Part shown: in pieces, positions 41,201 through 50,931 of the stretch | Position numbering within the stretch: the first letter of the stretch is position 1 | How the letters are laid out: each line of letters begins with the position of its first letter | Assembly: GCA_018780035.1 (NCBI GenBank) | Contig: JADMKE010000014.1 | Location: 73,271 to 137,270, forward strand | Direction of reading: 5' to 3' | DNA length: 64,000 nucleotides | Source of the DNA: Candidatus Sericytochromatia bacterium | GTDB lineage: Bacteria > Cyanobacteriota > Sericytochromatia > UBA7694 | Translations under genes and position numbers: made by a program | Notes under the pieces: generated by a model | Told to the model about the DNA's origin: nothing | The model's input: only the letters and a program-made list of their open reading frames with translations | The model's database searches: none

Positions 41201-42349
41201 CAATTCAGACAGACATTGATGCGCCGCCTGTAAAAGGGGGGCTGGCTGAGTCAAACTTAAAGGATGAAAGGCAGCACGCACATAATTGATCACCCAATAA
41301 GAATAATAACGCTGATCGCGCTGAAAAAGAGGATCTTTAAGGACTTCAGGCAAAAGAGCCAAAGCCAAGGGATTTTCGGCCTGCACCAAGGTCAGCGCCT
41401 CGCTCTCCAAGCGCAGCAAAGGGAATTGGGTATGTTTTTGTAAGCGTGCTTGAACCCGTTCTCGAAACTGAGACGCCTTTGCGGCCAATTCGGCACGCAG
41501 GGCCTGAAAACAGCCCAACAAAGACAAAGTGGGTCTGAGCGTGTTGAGCGCTTGCTGCATCTGGCTGCGGCGCTGCGGATCAGCCTCTAATTCTGTCAGA
41601 ACCCCCTCCACCTGGCCGGGTGCATAGGTCAGATAATGTTCTCCCGCCCGCACACAGGCAGGCAAGCCATTGAGCCCTTCAGGGCAGAGCAGCAAAGCCC
41701 CACAGGCCAGCACCTCCAGCATCCGCGCTGTGAGGGTGGGATCGTCGCAGATCACATAGCGGCTGCGCTGGAAATAAAAGGGCAAAAAAGCGGGCGTGGT
41801 GGCAATAAAATAGCGGCATTTCAAGGGCAGGGCTTCATAGCTGGGTAAAGCTGGGGAATAGGGGTTGCTGGCGATATAGATCAGGTCATAAAGCAGATCA
41901 CAAAGCGGATCTGGCGTCGGCAGTGGCTGGTGCAAATCTGTTTCAATGCCCTGCCAACGGGTCTCCAATACAGGCAAACCCAAGCGCCGAAAAAGGGCAA
42001 ACGCAGCTTCAGACAAAGCCACAACCCCATCATAAAGGGCAAAAGTTTGACGGATATCCGCTTCGGCCAGGCCCCAGGGCACATCGGCAAAGGCAATCAG
42101 CGGCAATGGGCTTTGAAAGGCTTGGCGGGGCGGCAGACGTTTGTGAGGCTCCAAGAAAAAGACCCACTCGGCTTCAGGCAAATGGGCCAAGCGCAAGGCA
42201 TCCAAGCTCGGCAATTGAGCGCTGACCTGGGTTCCCGGCAATTCATAATTAAAGGCCTTGCTCTCTAAGGGAGCCTGTTCTGCAGCCAAGGTCCGGCGCA
42301 GAGCCTGATCCAACCCCTGGCGGAAGTCGGGTCCCCAGAGTATTTTCAC
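38300..42349 (-). CDS. Giant 1349-aa protein: GT4-family glycosyltransferase domain(s) with TPR/helical repeat regions
   Basis: GT4 signature around [18 protein letters not shown]...[31 protein letters not shown] (EX7E); long Leu/Ala-rich helical repeats. Confidence 0.7.
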   Translation of the reverse strand: [1349 protein letters not shown]

Positions 42350-42352
42350 AAA

Positions 42353-43672
42353 TTACAACCAGACAATGCGGGCCCGCGCGGGCTGACAGTCGCGCAGGGC
42401 ATTGCGGGTATCCACCAACAGCGGCAAATGATTACACAGCGCTTGGTAATCAACGCCTTGCCGGTGGTGGGTGATAACCACACCACAGGCATAGTCTCCC
42501 AATGACGCAAAAGAGACTGAGCGAAGGGTCTGTCCTTCGAGCTCAAATTGGGGAATATACGGATCAAAGTAATCCACAAGCGCCCCTTTGGACCAGAGCA
42601 ATTGAATCAATTCCAAAGCAGGTGATTCACGCATATCATCGACATCGGATTTATACGCCACGCCGATCACCAGCACTTTGCTGCCTTTGAGCGGCAGACT
42701 GTGGTCGTTGAGGGCTTCCATGATCAATTGCAGCACCTCGCGGGGCATGGCAGAGTTGATCTGCTCTGCCAGGGCCATAAAACGCGGTTCGTAGCCGTGC
42801 AAACGCGATTTCCAGATCAGATAATGGGGGTCAAGGGGAATACAGTGGCCGCCAATACCGGGTCCGGGTAAAAACTTCATAAAACCAAAGGGTTTGGTGG
42901 CAGCCGCATCAATCACTTCCCAGACATCCACACCCAAAACCCTGCAAATGCCCGCAAATTCGTTGACCAAGGCAATATTCACACTGCGAAAGGTATTTTC
43001 GAGAATTTTGGCGGCCTCCGCCACACGGGCCGAAGACACGCTGTGAACCTGTCCCATTACCTGTTTATACAAAGCAGCAGCCACTTCGGTGCAGGCAGGG
43101 GTCACTCCCCCCACCACTTTGGGAATTTTTGCGACCTGAAACTGTTTATTGCCGGGATCAATGCGCTCAGGTGAAAAAGCCAATAAAAAATCTTGGCCGA
43201 CGGTGTGGCCCGTTTTTTCAAACATCGGCAGGAGAATCTCGTCGGTGGTACCAGGATAAGTCGTGCTCTCCAAGATCACCAAATGGCCCGGTCTGAGAAT
43301 TTTAACAATCTCTTCAGCAGCTGCCAGAATATACGAAATATCTGGTTCTTTGCTTTTGCGCAAAGGGGTGGGCACACAGATAATCAGGGCATCTGCGTCT
43401 TTTAAATGGGCAAAATCGCTGCTAAAAACCGTGCCTGGCAGACCATTTAAACGGGCCACAAAATCGTCAGGGATGTCCTGGATATAAGATTTTCCGGCTT
43501 GCAAAGCCTGAATTTTGCGGGCATCCACATCGATACCTGTCACGGCAAAGCCCTCTCGGGAAAAGGCCTCCAAAAGTGGCAAGCCAACATAACCCAGCCC
43601 AATCACACCGATCCGGGTGCTGCGCTCGGTCAGGCTCTGTAAAAATTCTGAAACGAGGGATGTGTTTGACAT
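42353..43672 (-). CDS. UDP-sugar/nucleotide-sugar 6-dehydrogenase (UDP-glucose/GDP-mannose dehydrogenase family)
   Basis: N-terminal Rossmann IGVIGLGYVGLPLL; catalytic Cys region GGHCIP; C-terminal UDP-binding domain. Confidence 0.9.
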   Translation of the reverse strand: MSNTSLVSEFLQSLTERSTRIGVIGLGYVGLPLLEAFSREGFAVTGIDVDARKIQALQAGKSYIQDIPDDFVARLNGLPGTVFSSDFAHLKDADALIICVPTPLRKSKEPDISYILAAAEEIVKILRPGHLVILESTTYPGTTDEILLPMFEKTGHTVGQDFLLAFSPERIDPGNKQFQVAKIPKVVGGVTPACTEVAAALYKQVMGQVHSVSSARVAEAAKILENTFRSVNIALVNEFAGICRVLGVDVWEVIDAAATKPFGFMKFLPGPGIGGHCIPLDPHYLIWKSRLHGYEPRFMALAEQINSAMPREVLQLIMEALNDHSLPLKGSKVLVIGVAYKSDVDDMRESPALELIQLLWSKGALVDYFDPYIPQFELEGQTLRSVSFASLGDYACGVVITHHRQGVDYQALCNHLPLLVDTRNALRDCQPARARIVWL

Positions 43673-43759
43673 GGATTTTATTATACCCTTGTTATACCCC
43701 TGATCGTGAGCCGCTGTAATTGCTCTGATTCAAACCGAAGAAAGGCCAGAGATTGAGAT

Positions 43760-44377
43760 ATGCCCGCCTGTCCCTGCTGCCAAAATTCTGAACATCAACG
43801 GGAGCGCACCGCTTATGGCGACTGGAGCCGCTGTCTGAAATGTCGGGCCATTTACACCCCCACCCCCAACACCGCGATGCCTGCCGTACCCAGGCCCCAG
43901 AACGCCTTAAACATCTTTCAAGCCAGAGAAGATGAGACGGGCTTGCATCTCTCCTGGCAAGCCCCCTCCCCGAAAATTTATCTTGCCACAGGCGGAGTGA
44001 CAGCTTTCTTTGGCGGACTGTTTCTACTCGGTGGTGTGTGGCTGGGCCATTGGAGCTATGCCCTGATCGGTCTGCTCTTCGGGGGACTCATGCTCTGGGG
44101 CGGCTTGACTCAAGTGCGCAAAGGCCTCAACACCCACCAAATCAGCCTTTTAGCCACAGGCAAAATCAGCGTAAAAACGGGCCCTTGGCCCCATCAGGGC
44201 TATCCCTTTGAGGCAGAACTCGGCAGCCCCCTGTTTTGCCGCTGCTCGCGCCAAGAGCGCCTGGATTTATATCATTTGTATGCCCTGCAAAACGGCAAAG
44301 CCAAGCTGCTGACACCTGCTGAATTGGAAAGCAAAGAACAGGCGTTTTGGCTGCTTAATCTCTGTCAATCGCGCTGA
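43760..44377 (+). CDS. Hypothetical zinc-ribbon/TM protein
   Basis: N-terminal CPCC...CLKC, two TM helices. Confidence 0.45.
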   Translation: MPACPCCQNSEHQRERTAYGDWSRCLKCRAIYTPTPNTAMPAVPRPQNALNIFQAREDETGLHLSWQAPSPKIYLATGGVTAFFGGLFLLGGVWLGHWSYALIGLLFGGLMLWGGLTQVRKGLNTHQISLLATGKISVKTGPWPHQGYPFEAELGSPLFCRCSRQERLDLYHLYALQNGKAKLLTPAELESKEQAFWLLNLCQSR

Positions 44378-45801
44378 CAGCGCCAGACAGGCATGGCCTG
44401 GCTGATGCCTTTGAGAAAGGCCGAACGGGCCTCAAAGCGATAACCAGCCTCGGTTAAAATCGCCTCGGTGCTGGGGTTTAACACCGTTTCACTCACCCAA
44501 ATCTCGCCCGCCTCAGCCAGACCCTGAATGCGGGCCGCCAAATTGACCGTCTGCCCGAAGAAGTCGAGACGTTCGTTGGCATTGACCGCCAAAACCGGCC
44601 CGGTATGCAAACCCACTTTGAGCCCCAATTGCAACTCAGCCCCAGGCTGATTGAGGGTATCAATGTCCGCGACCATTTCCAGGGCTGCGCGCAGACCATC
44701 TGCTGGGCTGGAAAATGTCGCCATAATCGCATCACCAATCGTTTTGACCACCGAACCTGCATGGCGGCGGGTACAGGCCGTCAACAGGTCAAAATGGCGC
44801 TGCACCAAGGCATAAGCCTGGTAGTCCCCGGTTTGTTCATACATCGCTGTCGAGCCTTTGAGATCGGTAAACATTACAGTCTGGCTACCAATCGAGAGAC
44901 GCAGATCGGGATCCAATTGCTGCATTTTATACAATTCGCGAAAGGTCTGGTGATTGAGCAGCATTTGGGCACTTAAAAAGGGCAATAACTGGCTGGGATG
45001 CGACTGCAAAACTGCCAGCATTGCTTCAAAATCGTATTTCCAAAAGGTCAAAATCCGGGTGGTGGCACTGCAATTGTGAATCCGCAAACTGACCTCACCG
45101 GCAGGCAATTGGCGCTCGTTTTCAACAAAACCCTGCTCGCTGATATCCGTATCCACAACCACGGGCAATGCAGCCAACTCACTGCCCGTTTTGAGCCAAA
45201 ATTGGCTGTGGCTCTGCAGATTGAGCACCCGGTAGAGAGAATTGGGTTCGGCCTGCAGAGGCAAAGCCACTCGCTCATTGGGTTCCACCCAATACAGCCC
45301 CAAACAGAGGGACTGCATCAAGGGCAATAATTCAGGCGCATGTTTCATGCTGGCCGAGAAATAACTGCGATAATAGTTTTCAAGGCTGGCCAGGGGATTT
45401 ACCTGTTCTGAAAAATCGGCAATCCCCGGATGTAAGCTGAAGGTCACTTCCACCTGCCGATCCAGCGAAAAATCCACGTCCTGATTGCAAACAGGGCAAA
45501 AGGCATGGCCCTCTTTTAAGCCGTTGATACTCCCATAGGTGTATTCGGTGCTGCCACAGCCCAGGCAGACAACGGTCCAATTCAAGTCAAAGAGGCCAAT
45601 CCGGGTGCTGTAGAGCAAGAGGTCGAGCAAACTGGAAAGGTCAAAATTGTAATCCTGTGCCAATTGCAAAGGATTTAAGCGCAGCAATTGCCAAGGGCTG
45701 AGTTGGGGCAAGAGCTCGCCAAAACGCTGAACCAATCCCGCTGGCAATTGGGGATAATGCTCCAGGGCTTTGAGTTTGCGTTGCAAGGTATCTGTCAACA
45801 T
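44365..45801 (-). CDS. Class III adenylate/guanylate cyclase with N-terminal zinc-ribbon-containing sensor region
   Basis: Cyclase core VMFTDLKGSTAMYE...VKTIGDAIMATF...GLHTGPV; CLGCGS...CPVC ribbon near the N-terminus. Confidence 0.8.
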   Translation of the reverse strand: MLTDTLQRKLKALEHYPQLPAGLVQRFGELLPQLSPWQLLRLNPLQLAQDYNFDLSSLLDLLLYSTRIGLFDLNWTVVCLGCGSTEYTYGSINGLKEGHAFCPVCNQDVDFSLDRQVEVTFSLHPGIADFSEQVNPLASLENYYRSYFSASMKHAPELLPLMQSLCLGLYWVEPNERVALPLQAEPNSLYRVLNLQSHSQFWLKTGSELAALPVVVDTDISEQGFVENERQLPAGEVSLRIHNCSATTRILTFWKYDFEAMLAVLQSHPSQLLPFLSAQMLLNHQTFRELYKMQQLDPDLRLSIGSQTVMFTDLKGSTAMYEQTGDYQAYALVQRHFDLLTACTRRHAGSVVKTIGDAIMATFSSPADGLRAALEMVADIDTLNQPGAELQLGLKVGLHTGPVLAVNANERLDFFGQTVNLAARIQGLAEAGEIWVSETVLNPSTEAILTEAGYRFEARSAFLKGISQAMPVWRCQRD

Positions 45802-45918
45802 TATTCAGCACCTCTTTGGAATGGGCTTTTGCCTCAATAGCTTACGCCTTTCGCTTTCTGAGGTCAAATCAGTCATGGGTTGAGTACAATAGACAGAGCC
45901 CTTGCCAAAGGAGAAAAA

Positions 45919-46311
45919 ATGAATATCGGCCAACTCGCCAAAGCTTCAGGCGTCAATGCCAAGCTTATCCGCTATTACGAATCAATCGGCCTGATTCCCC
46001 CCGCTGAGCGCAGCGAATCAAATTACCGCATCTACCGCGATACAGACGTGCATTTTCTCAAATTTATCAAACGCGCGCGCAAACTGGGCTTTGGCATTCC
46101 AGATATTCAGGTGCTGCTCAGCCTCTGGCAAGACAGTGCCCGCTCAAGTGCCGAGGTCAAAGAATTGGCAAACAAACACATTCAGACTCTCGAAGCCCAA
46201 ATGGCCGAAATGACGGCCATGCTCAATACCCTCAAACGCCTGTCCCACAATTGCCACGGGGATCAGCGCCCGGAATGCCCGATTATCGAAGAACTGGCTC
46301 AAGAATATTGA
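45919..46311 (+). CDS. cueR: MerR-family Cu(I)-responsive regulator CueR
   Basis: MNIGQLAKASGVNAKLIRYYESIGLI HTH; C-terminal metal loop CHGDQRPECP; good RBS ggagaaaaaATG. Confidence 0.85.
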   Translation: MNIGQLAKASGVNAKLIRYYESIGLIPPAERSESNYRIYRDTDVHFLKFIKRARKLGFGIPDIQVLLSLWQDSARSSAEVKELANKHIQTLEAQMAEMTAMLNTLKRLSHNCHGDQRPECPIIEELAQEY

Positions 46312-46358
46312 CCCAAAAGTATTTAAACTTCGCATTTAAATTTTTCTCCAGGGGCTTT

Positions 46359-46379
46359 ACCTTCCCATTGTTGGAAAGT
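46359..46379 (+). promoter_or_regulatory. CueR operator / MerR-type promoter (ACCTTCC-N7-GGAAAGT dyad within a long-spacer promoter)
   Basis: ctttACCTTCCcattgttGGAAAGTttatcct matches the CueR box ACCTTCCnnnnnnnGGAAGGT; upstream of 46431. Confidence 0.6.
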
Positions 46380-46430
46380 TTATCCTAAGTGTAGACCTCA
46401 ATACAGAGAGACTTACTCAACAGGAAAAAC

Positions 46431-47867
46431 ATGATGCCCCTACTGAAAACCACCCCCCTTGTATTGCTCCTGGCAGCCAGCTTAAGTGCGGCTCCGGCCT
46501 GGGCCCAAACACACACACATCCCCCCGCCACAGAACAGACTGACCCCACAGCCACAGATCACACAGCCATGAACCACACGGAAATGGACCACACCACCCA
46601 CGCCAACCCCGTTACCCACACCCTGATGCAGCGTGCCCGCACCCTGGGTTCGGGCACAAGCTTGCTACCGCAGGAGAGCCCCATGCGCATGTGGAGCCTC
46701 GAAAGCGGCGACTGGCTCTGGATGTTCCACGGCGATCTGGTTGGCGGCTATAACCAGCAGGGCGGCCCCCGTGGCGCCCAGACCTGGGCCGCTGAAAACT
46801 GGGCCATGGCAATGGGATCGGGGCAGCTCGGCCCCGGCATTCTCGATTTGCGGGCGATGTTCAGCCTCGAAGCTTTGACGCTGCCCCCGGGTGGCACCCC
46901 CGAACTCTTTCAAACGGGCGAAACCTATCAAAATTTGCCCCTGCGCGATAGGCAACACCCCCACGACCTGCTGATGGAATTGGCCGCACGTTATACCTAC
47001 CAGCCCAGCCCTGATTTAAACTTTTTTGGCTATGCTGGTCTCGCTGGCGAGCCCGCCCTGGGGCCCTCGGCGTTTATGCACAGACCTTCCGGGGCCGACA
47101 ATCACTGGGCCCCCCTGGCGCACCATTTGCAAGACGCCACCCATATCAGCTACGGCGTGGGCACTTTGGGCGCACGTTGGCAGATGTTTCAGCTCGAAGC
47201 TTCCCTTTTTAATGGGCGGGAACCCGATGAAAACCGCTTTAATCTTGACTTTGGCCCCCTCGATTCCTGGTCGACGCGTCTGAGCTGGATTCCCAGCCAA
47301 AACTGGGTGGCCCAGGTCTCCTATGGCCAGCTCAAATCCCCCGAGGCCTTGGAGCCGGGAGATGTCCATCGCAGCACAGCCTCTGTCACCCACGTGACAG
47401 AACTGGGCGAGGGCCTGCTCTCGAGCACTGCAATCTGGGGCATGAACCAGGAGTTTCACGGCGAAAGCCGGGTCTTACACAGCTTTGGGCTCGAAAGCCA
47501 ATACGACTGGGATATGCAGCGCAACCACGTCTATGGCCGCCTCGAAGTGGTGGATAAATCGGGGCTGGATCTGATTGCCAGCAGCGAAGCAAATCACCAC
47601 AATTTGTACCGGATTACGGCTTTAACCCTGGGTGGCATTCGCGAATTGGACTGGAGCGAACATTTTGACTTGGGCCTGGGGGCCGACGCCAGCCTGTATT
47701 TTGGCGATGCCCAGGTGCGCCAAACCTATGGCGAAATGCCCTATGGCTTTCGGGTTTATCTGCGCCTTCGTCCGCCCACCATGCAGCACACGGCCCCAGC
47801 TGCAACGGCGGAAACAGAATCCCGCAGTTGGATTCTGCCCGCCGAAGACGGTGAACACAATCATTGA
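46431..47867 (+). CDS. Secreted His-rich protein, probable outer-membrane beta-barrel, putative member of the CueR copper regulon
   Basis: Signal peptide; His-rich N-terminus (HTHPP, HTAMNHTEMDHTTHANPVTH); alternating beta-strand-like C-terminus. Confidence 0.55.
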   Translation: MMPLLKTTPLVLLLAASLSAAPAWAQTHTHPPATEQTDPTATDHTAMNHTEMDHTTHANPVTHTLMQRARTLGSGTSLLPQESPMRMWSLESGDWLWMFHGDLVGGYNQQGGPRGAQTWAAENWAMAMGSGQLGPGILDLRAMFSLEALTLPPGGTPELFQTGETYQNLPLRDRQHPHDLLMELAARYTYQPSPDLNFFGYAGLAGEPALGPSAFMHRPSGADNHWAPLAHHLQDATHISYGVGTLGARWQMFQLEASLFNGREPDENRFNLDFGPLDSWSTRLSWIPSQNWVAQVSYGQLKSPEALEPGDVHRSTASVTHVTELGEGLLSSTAIWGMNQEFHGESRVLHSFGLESQYDWDMQRNHVYGRLEVVDKSGLDLIASSEANHHNLYRITALTLGGIRELDWSEHFDLGLGADASLYFGDAQVRQTYGEMPYGFRVYLRLRPPTMQHTAPAATAETESRSWILPAEDGEHNH

Positions 47868-49672
47868 GTACCTGCCGTCCCAGATTCGCTGCCAAAGCGG
47901 CTTTCGAGCCGGGCGAGCGCCCCTTTGAGCTGCCGCCACTGGTCCTTGCGCAGGCGCTTGAGCAGCGAGGGGCGGGCCTGTTCGACCAAGGCCTTCACCC
48001 GCTCGAGGGTCTCGGCATTGCCGTGGCGACCTGCCATTTCCAAAACCTCTGTATAGACCAAATGGTGGCGCGAATAATCAAACCAGCCGGGGTCATGCGG
48101 CGGTTTGAGCAGGTCATATTCTGACTCTGCAGGCAAATTCAGGAGCGGATCGGTCTGAAAGGTATCAAGCAAAATATGAATCAATGCAGGCTGGGCCTGC
48201 ATTTTAAATAGGCGAAAAAAGGCCCCAATCAGATGCCAATGTTCGTACTGACTTGGATCATAGACTCCGGGCGGAAGATCTTCAAGGCGCGAGCGCTGGG
48301 GATCCAAGTCCAGAAAAATCCGCGCCAAGGCTGGCAATAACAAAGTGAGTGTCTCAGCACGGCAGGGCTGAACCAGGGCCTCAAACAGGTACTGAAAAAA
48401 CCAGCGTTGAAAGTCCAAGATATAAGGTCGCGGAGGCACCCTCATTTGTGCCGAAGAGGTCTGGAGAGAGGGCTTGAACCTTTCTTGAGCATAGCGCCGC
48501 GCCCACTCAACTTCTCCCTCCAACCAGGTAATCACGCGCTCAGCGGGCAAAGGCCAATCGGGCCAGTGGCAGTTGAGCCGTTCGACAAGCTTGTAAGCGA
48601 GACTGACCGCAGACTTACGTGCCAAGGCCGCATCGATCAGAGCAAACACGGCTTCGACCACAGCCGCAGAGGGCTGAAGTAACAAGCTGTCTACAGCCAA
48701 AATCACCATCCGCTCTCCGTCATCAGGAGAGCCAATACCCCGGTACAAAACGGGCAGCAGATCCAGCAAGGGGCGTTGCAAATCTGCTGCCAATTTCAGC
48801 TCATACGTCAACATCAGGGCCTTTTTCCAATACACAGCCTGGTAAATTGAGCCAGGAATAAACGGCGCTTCTTTGCCCGAGAGCTTGCAGCGAAAATCCA
48901 AAGCCAGAGTCAAGCACTGGATTTGAATCTCACGGGGATAATAGCTTAAACTCGCCAAGGCTGCCAGCGGCGCAGGGGTATGCGGCAAAGCCAACCAACG
49001 AGAGAACTCATGATACACGCAGGGGTCTTGCTGAGAGCCCAAGGCCTGCAAACACCAGGCCTGCACCCAGGGTGGCCAAATCTCAAGTTGGGCATAGAGC
49101 CGGGGCCGCAGTTCGGACCAAGGCATGGTTGCGATCAGATTTTGGGCGATCACTGGTTCAAAATCCCCACCCAGCCAGCGCTTTAAAAAAGCCTGAAACA
49201 CCAGCTCAGGGGATAGACCTTGCAAAATCTGGCCAATACCCGGCCAGCGGGCATGGGCCACAACCCAAGCCAAAATCCGCTCAGGGTGGCGCGGCTGAAG
49301 AGCGGCAGCCACTTTCAAGCGCAGCTCTCGGCGCTCCAGTTTAAAGGCCAACCAATCCAATAAATCGGCATCTGCCTCCGGGCAGCACAGAAGTCGGTCG
49401 AGAATCGCTTCACGGCAGGGCCAGTGGCGGCTCAAATGGGTCAGCAAAAACACCCCCACTTCAGCCAAAGCAGGGGCTTCAAAAGCAGTAGGATCAATCG
49501 GCACGCTGAGAAAGGCCTTCACGAGCAGCTGGCGAGATTCGGAATGGGCCCAGATCGCCTGTAAATGCTGGTAACGCACAGGGGCAGAGCAATCAGAATT
49601 CAAGAATCGCGTCAAAACAGCAGCCATACAATATCTCCAAGACTTTTTCTGTTCAGACAGCAGCCCAAGCAA
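47861..49672 (-). CDS. Hypothetical 603-aa Leu/Trp-rich helical repeat protein
   Basis: ORF only; no motif recognised. Confidence 0.45.
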   Translation of the reverse strand: MLGLLSEQKKSWRYCMAAVLTRFLNSDCSAPVRYQHLQAIWAHSESRQLLVKAFLSVPIDPTAFEAPALAEVGVFLLTHLSRHWPCREAILDRLLCCPEADADLLDWLAFKLERRELRLKVAAALQPRHPERILAWVVAHARWPGIGQILQGLSPELVFQAFLKRWLGGDFEPVIAQNLIATMPWSELRPRLYAQLEIWPPWVQAWCLQALGSQQDPCVYHEFSRWLALPHTPAPLAALASLSYYPREIQIQCLTLALDFRCKLSGKEAPFIPGSIYQAVYWKKALMLTYELKLAADLQRPLLDLLPVLYRGIGSPDDGERMVILAVDSLLLQPSAAVVEAVFALIDAALARKSAVSLAYKLVERLNCHWPDWPLPAERVITWLEGEVEWARRYAQERFKPSLQTSSAQMRVPPRPYILDFQRWFFQYLFEALVQPCRAETLTLLLPALARIFLDLDPQRSRLEDLPPGVYDPSQYEHWHLIGAFFRLFKMQAQPALIHILLDTFQTDPLLNLPAESEYDLLKPPHDPGWFDYSRHHLVYTEVLEMAGRHGNAETLERVKALVEQARPSLLKRLRKDQWRQLKGALARLESRFGSESGTAGTQ

Positions 49673-49981
49673 AAGGGTTCAGCTCCAGTTATAGTGCTCC
49701 CCAGTGTCAAGACAGCAAATCATGCAACTTTAACTCCCTGGTCTGAAGGTTCTGCAAAGTACACTTGATCTGGAGTCAAATTGTTTAATGCCTGGTGGTA
49801 CCTCCTCTGATTATAAAACGCCACATAGCGCTTTACACCTGATTTTAAAGCCAATACATGTGACCTTTACCCCGAAAAGTGGAGTCCCCGAAAAGAGTGA
49901 GCACTTAAAGTGGAAGCCGAGTTGACCCGTCACCTCCATATTTTGTACACTTTGAATAAGTACATATTTAAGAGGTGTTTC

Positions 49982-50260
49982 ATGCCCAGAGTCCCCGTGG
50001 ATGATAATGAGCGCATGAATTTGCGTTTGAAATCAGAGCAAAAGGCCCGTTTAATCCGAGCAGCCGCTTTGCAACAGACAGACCTGACCCATTTTATTCT
50101 ACAGCTGGCCCTGCGTGAGGCCGATGCAGTGATTGCCCGAGCCGAGCAGATTCAACTCAGTGAAAGAGATAGTTTGCGGGTACTTGATCTGCTCGAAAAC
50201 CCACCTGCACCCAACGCAAAACTGCGTGCGGCAGCAGCGGCACTGCCACCCCTCACATGA
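49982..50260 (+). CDS. DUF1778 (RHH) antitoxin of a GNAT-toxin TA pair (TacA/KacA-like)
   Basis: MPRVPVDDNERMNLRLKSEQKARLIRAA, the typical DUF1778 N-terminus; 4-nt overlap with the toxin gene. Confidence 0.75.
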   Translation: MPRVPVDDNERMNLRLKSEQKARLIRAAALQQTDLTHFILQLALREADAVIARAEQIQLSERDSLRVLDLLENPPAPNAKLRAAAAALPPLT

Positions 50261-50784
50261 CCCTTCCGGCTTGGTATGAAGTGCCCATCGCCAAAACCCA
50301 TGCCCGCAAAGATTTTGACTGTGGGGATGCAGAACTCAACCTCTTTCTCAGAAATCATGCCCGTCAAAGCCACGAAAAAGGGGGAGCGAAAACCTTTCTG
50401 GCGATTGACAGTGCCGATCAAAAAACCATTCTCGGTTTTTACAGCTTGGCCCCTGCTTCCTTAGCTTATGCACAAACACCTACTCTACTTCGGCGAGGGC
50501 TAGCTCGGCATGATATTCCAGGCTTTCGGCTCGCTCGTTTGGCCACCGCACTTTCTATGCAAGGCAAGGGTCTCGGCGGACAACTTCTGCTCATGGCCGG
50601 TCGGCGCTGTTTGCTGGCAGCCAATGAAGTGGGCGGGGTCATGCTGATCCTCGATGCCAAAAACGAACGGGCAGCTCAGTGGTACCAGAGTTATGGAGCC
50701 ATTCCACTTGAAGTCCAACCGCTGACCTTGGTTCTGCCTTTGGCTACCATTCAAGTAGCGCTTCAGGACGTTGCGAAAATTTGA
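50257..50784 (+). CDS. GNAT-family acetyltransferase toxin (TacT/AtaT/KacT-like)
   Basis: GNAT motif A around RLATALSMQGKGLGGQLLL; paired with the DUF1778 gene upstream. Confidence 0.75.
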   Translation: MTLPAWYEVPIAKTHARKDFDCGDAELNLFLRNHARQSHEKGGAKTFLAIDSADQKTILGFYSLAPASLAYAQTPTLLRRGLARHDIPGFRLARLATALSMQGKGLGGQLLLMAGRRCLLAANEVGGVMLILDAKNERAAQWYQSYGAIPLEVQPLTLVLPLATIQVALQDVAKI

Positions 50785-50931
50785 AAATTCTCACCATATA
50801 TATGGTCACGCTTTAAGCAAAGTATGAGTGTCCAGAACACAATAACACTTTTCTCCCCGATCGCTAGTCCCTGCTGTCACTCTTGTTCCCTATCAGGCAG
50901 AATATAGAGACCCATTTTGTCAAATCGTGGC

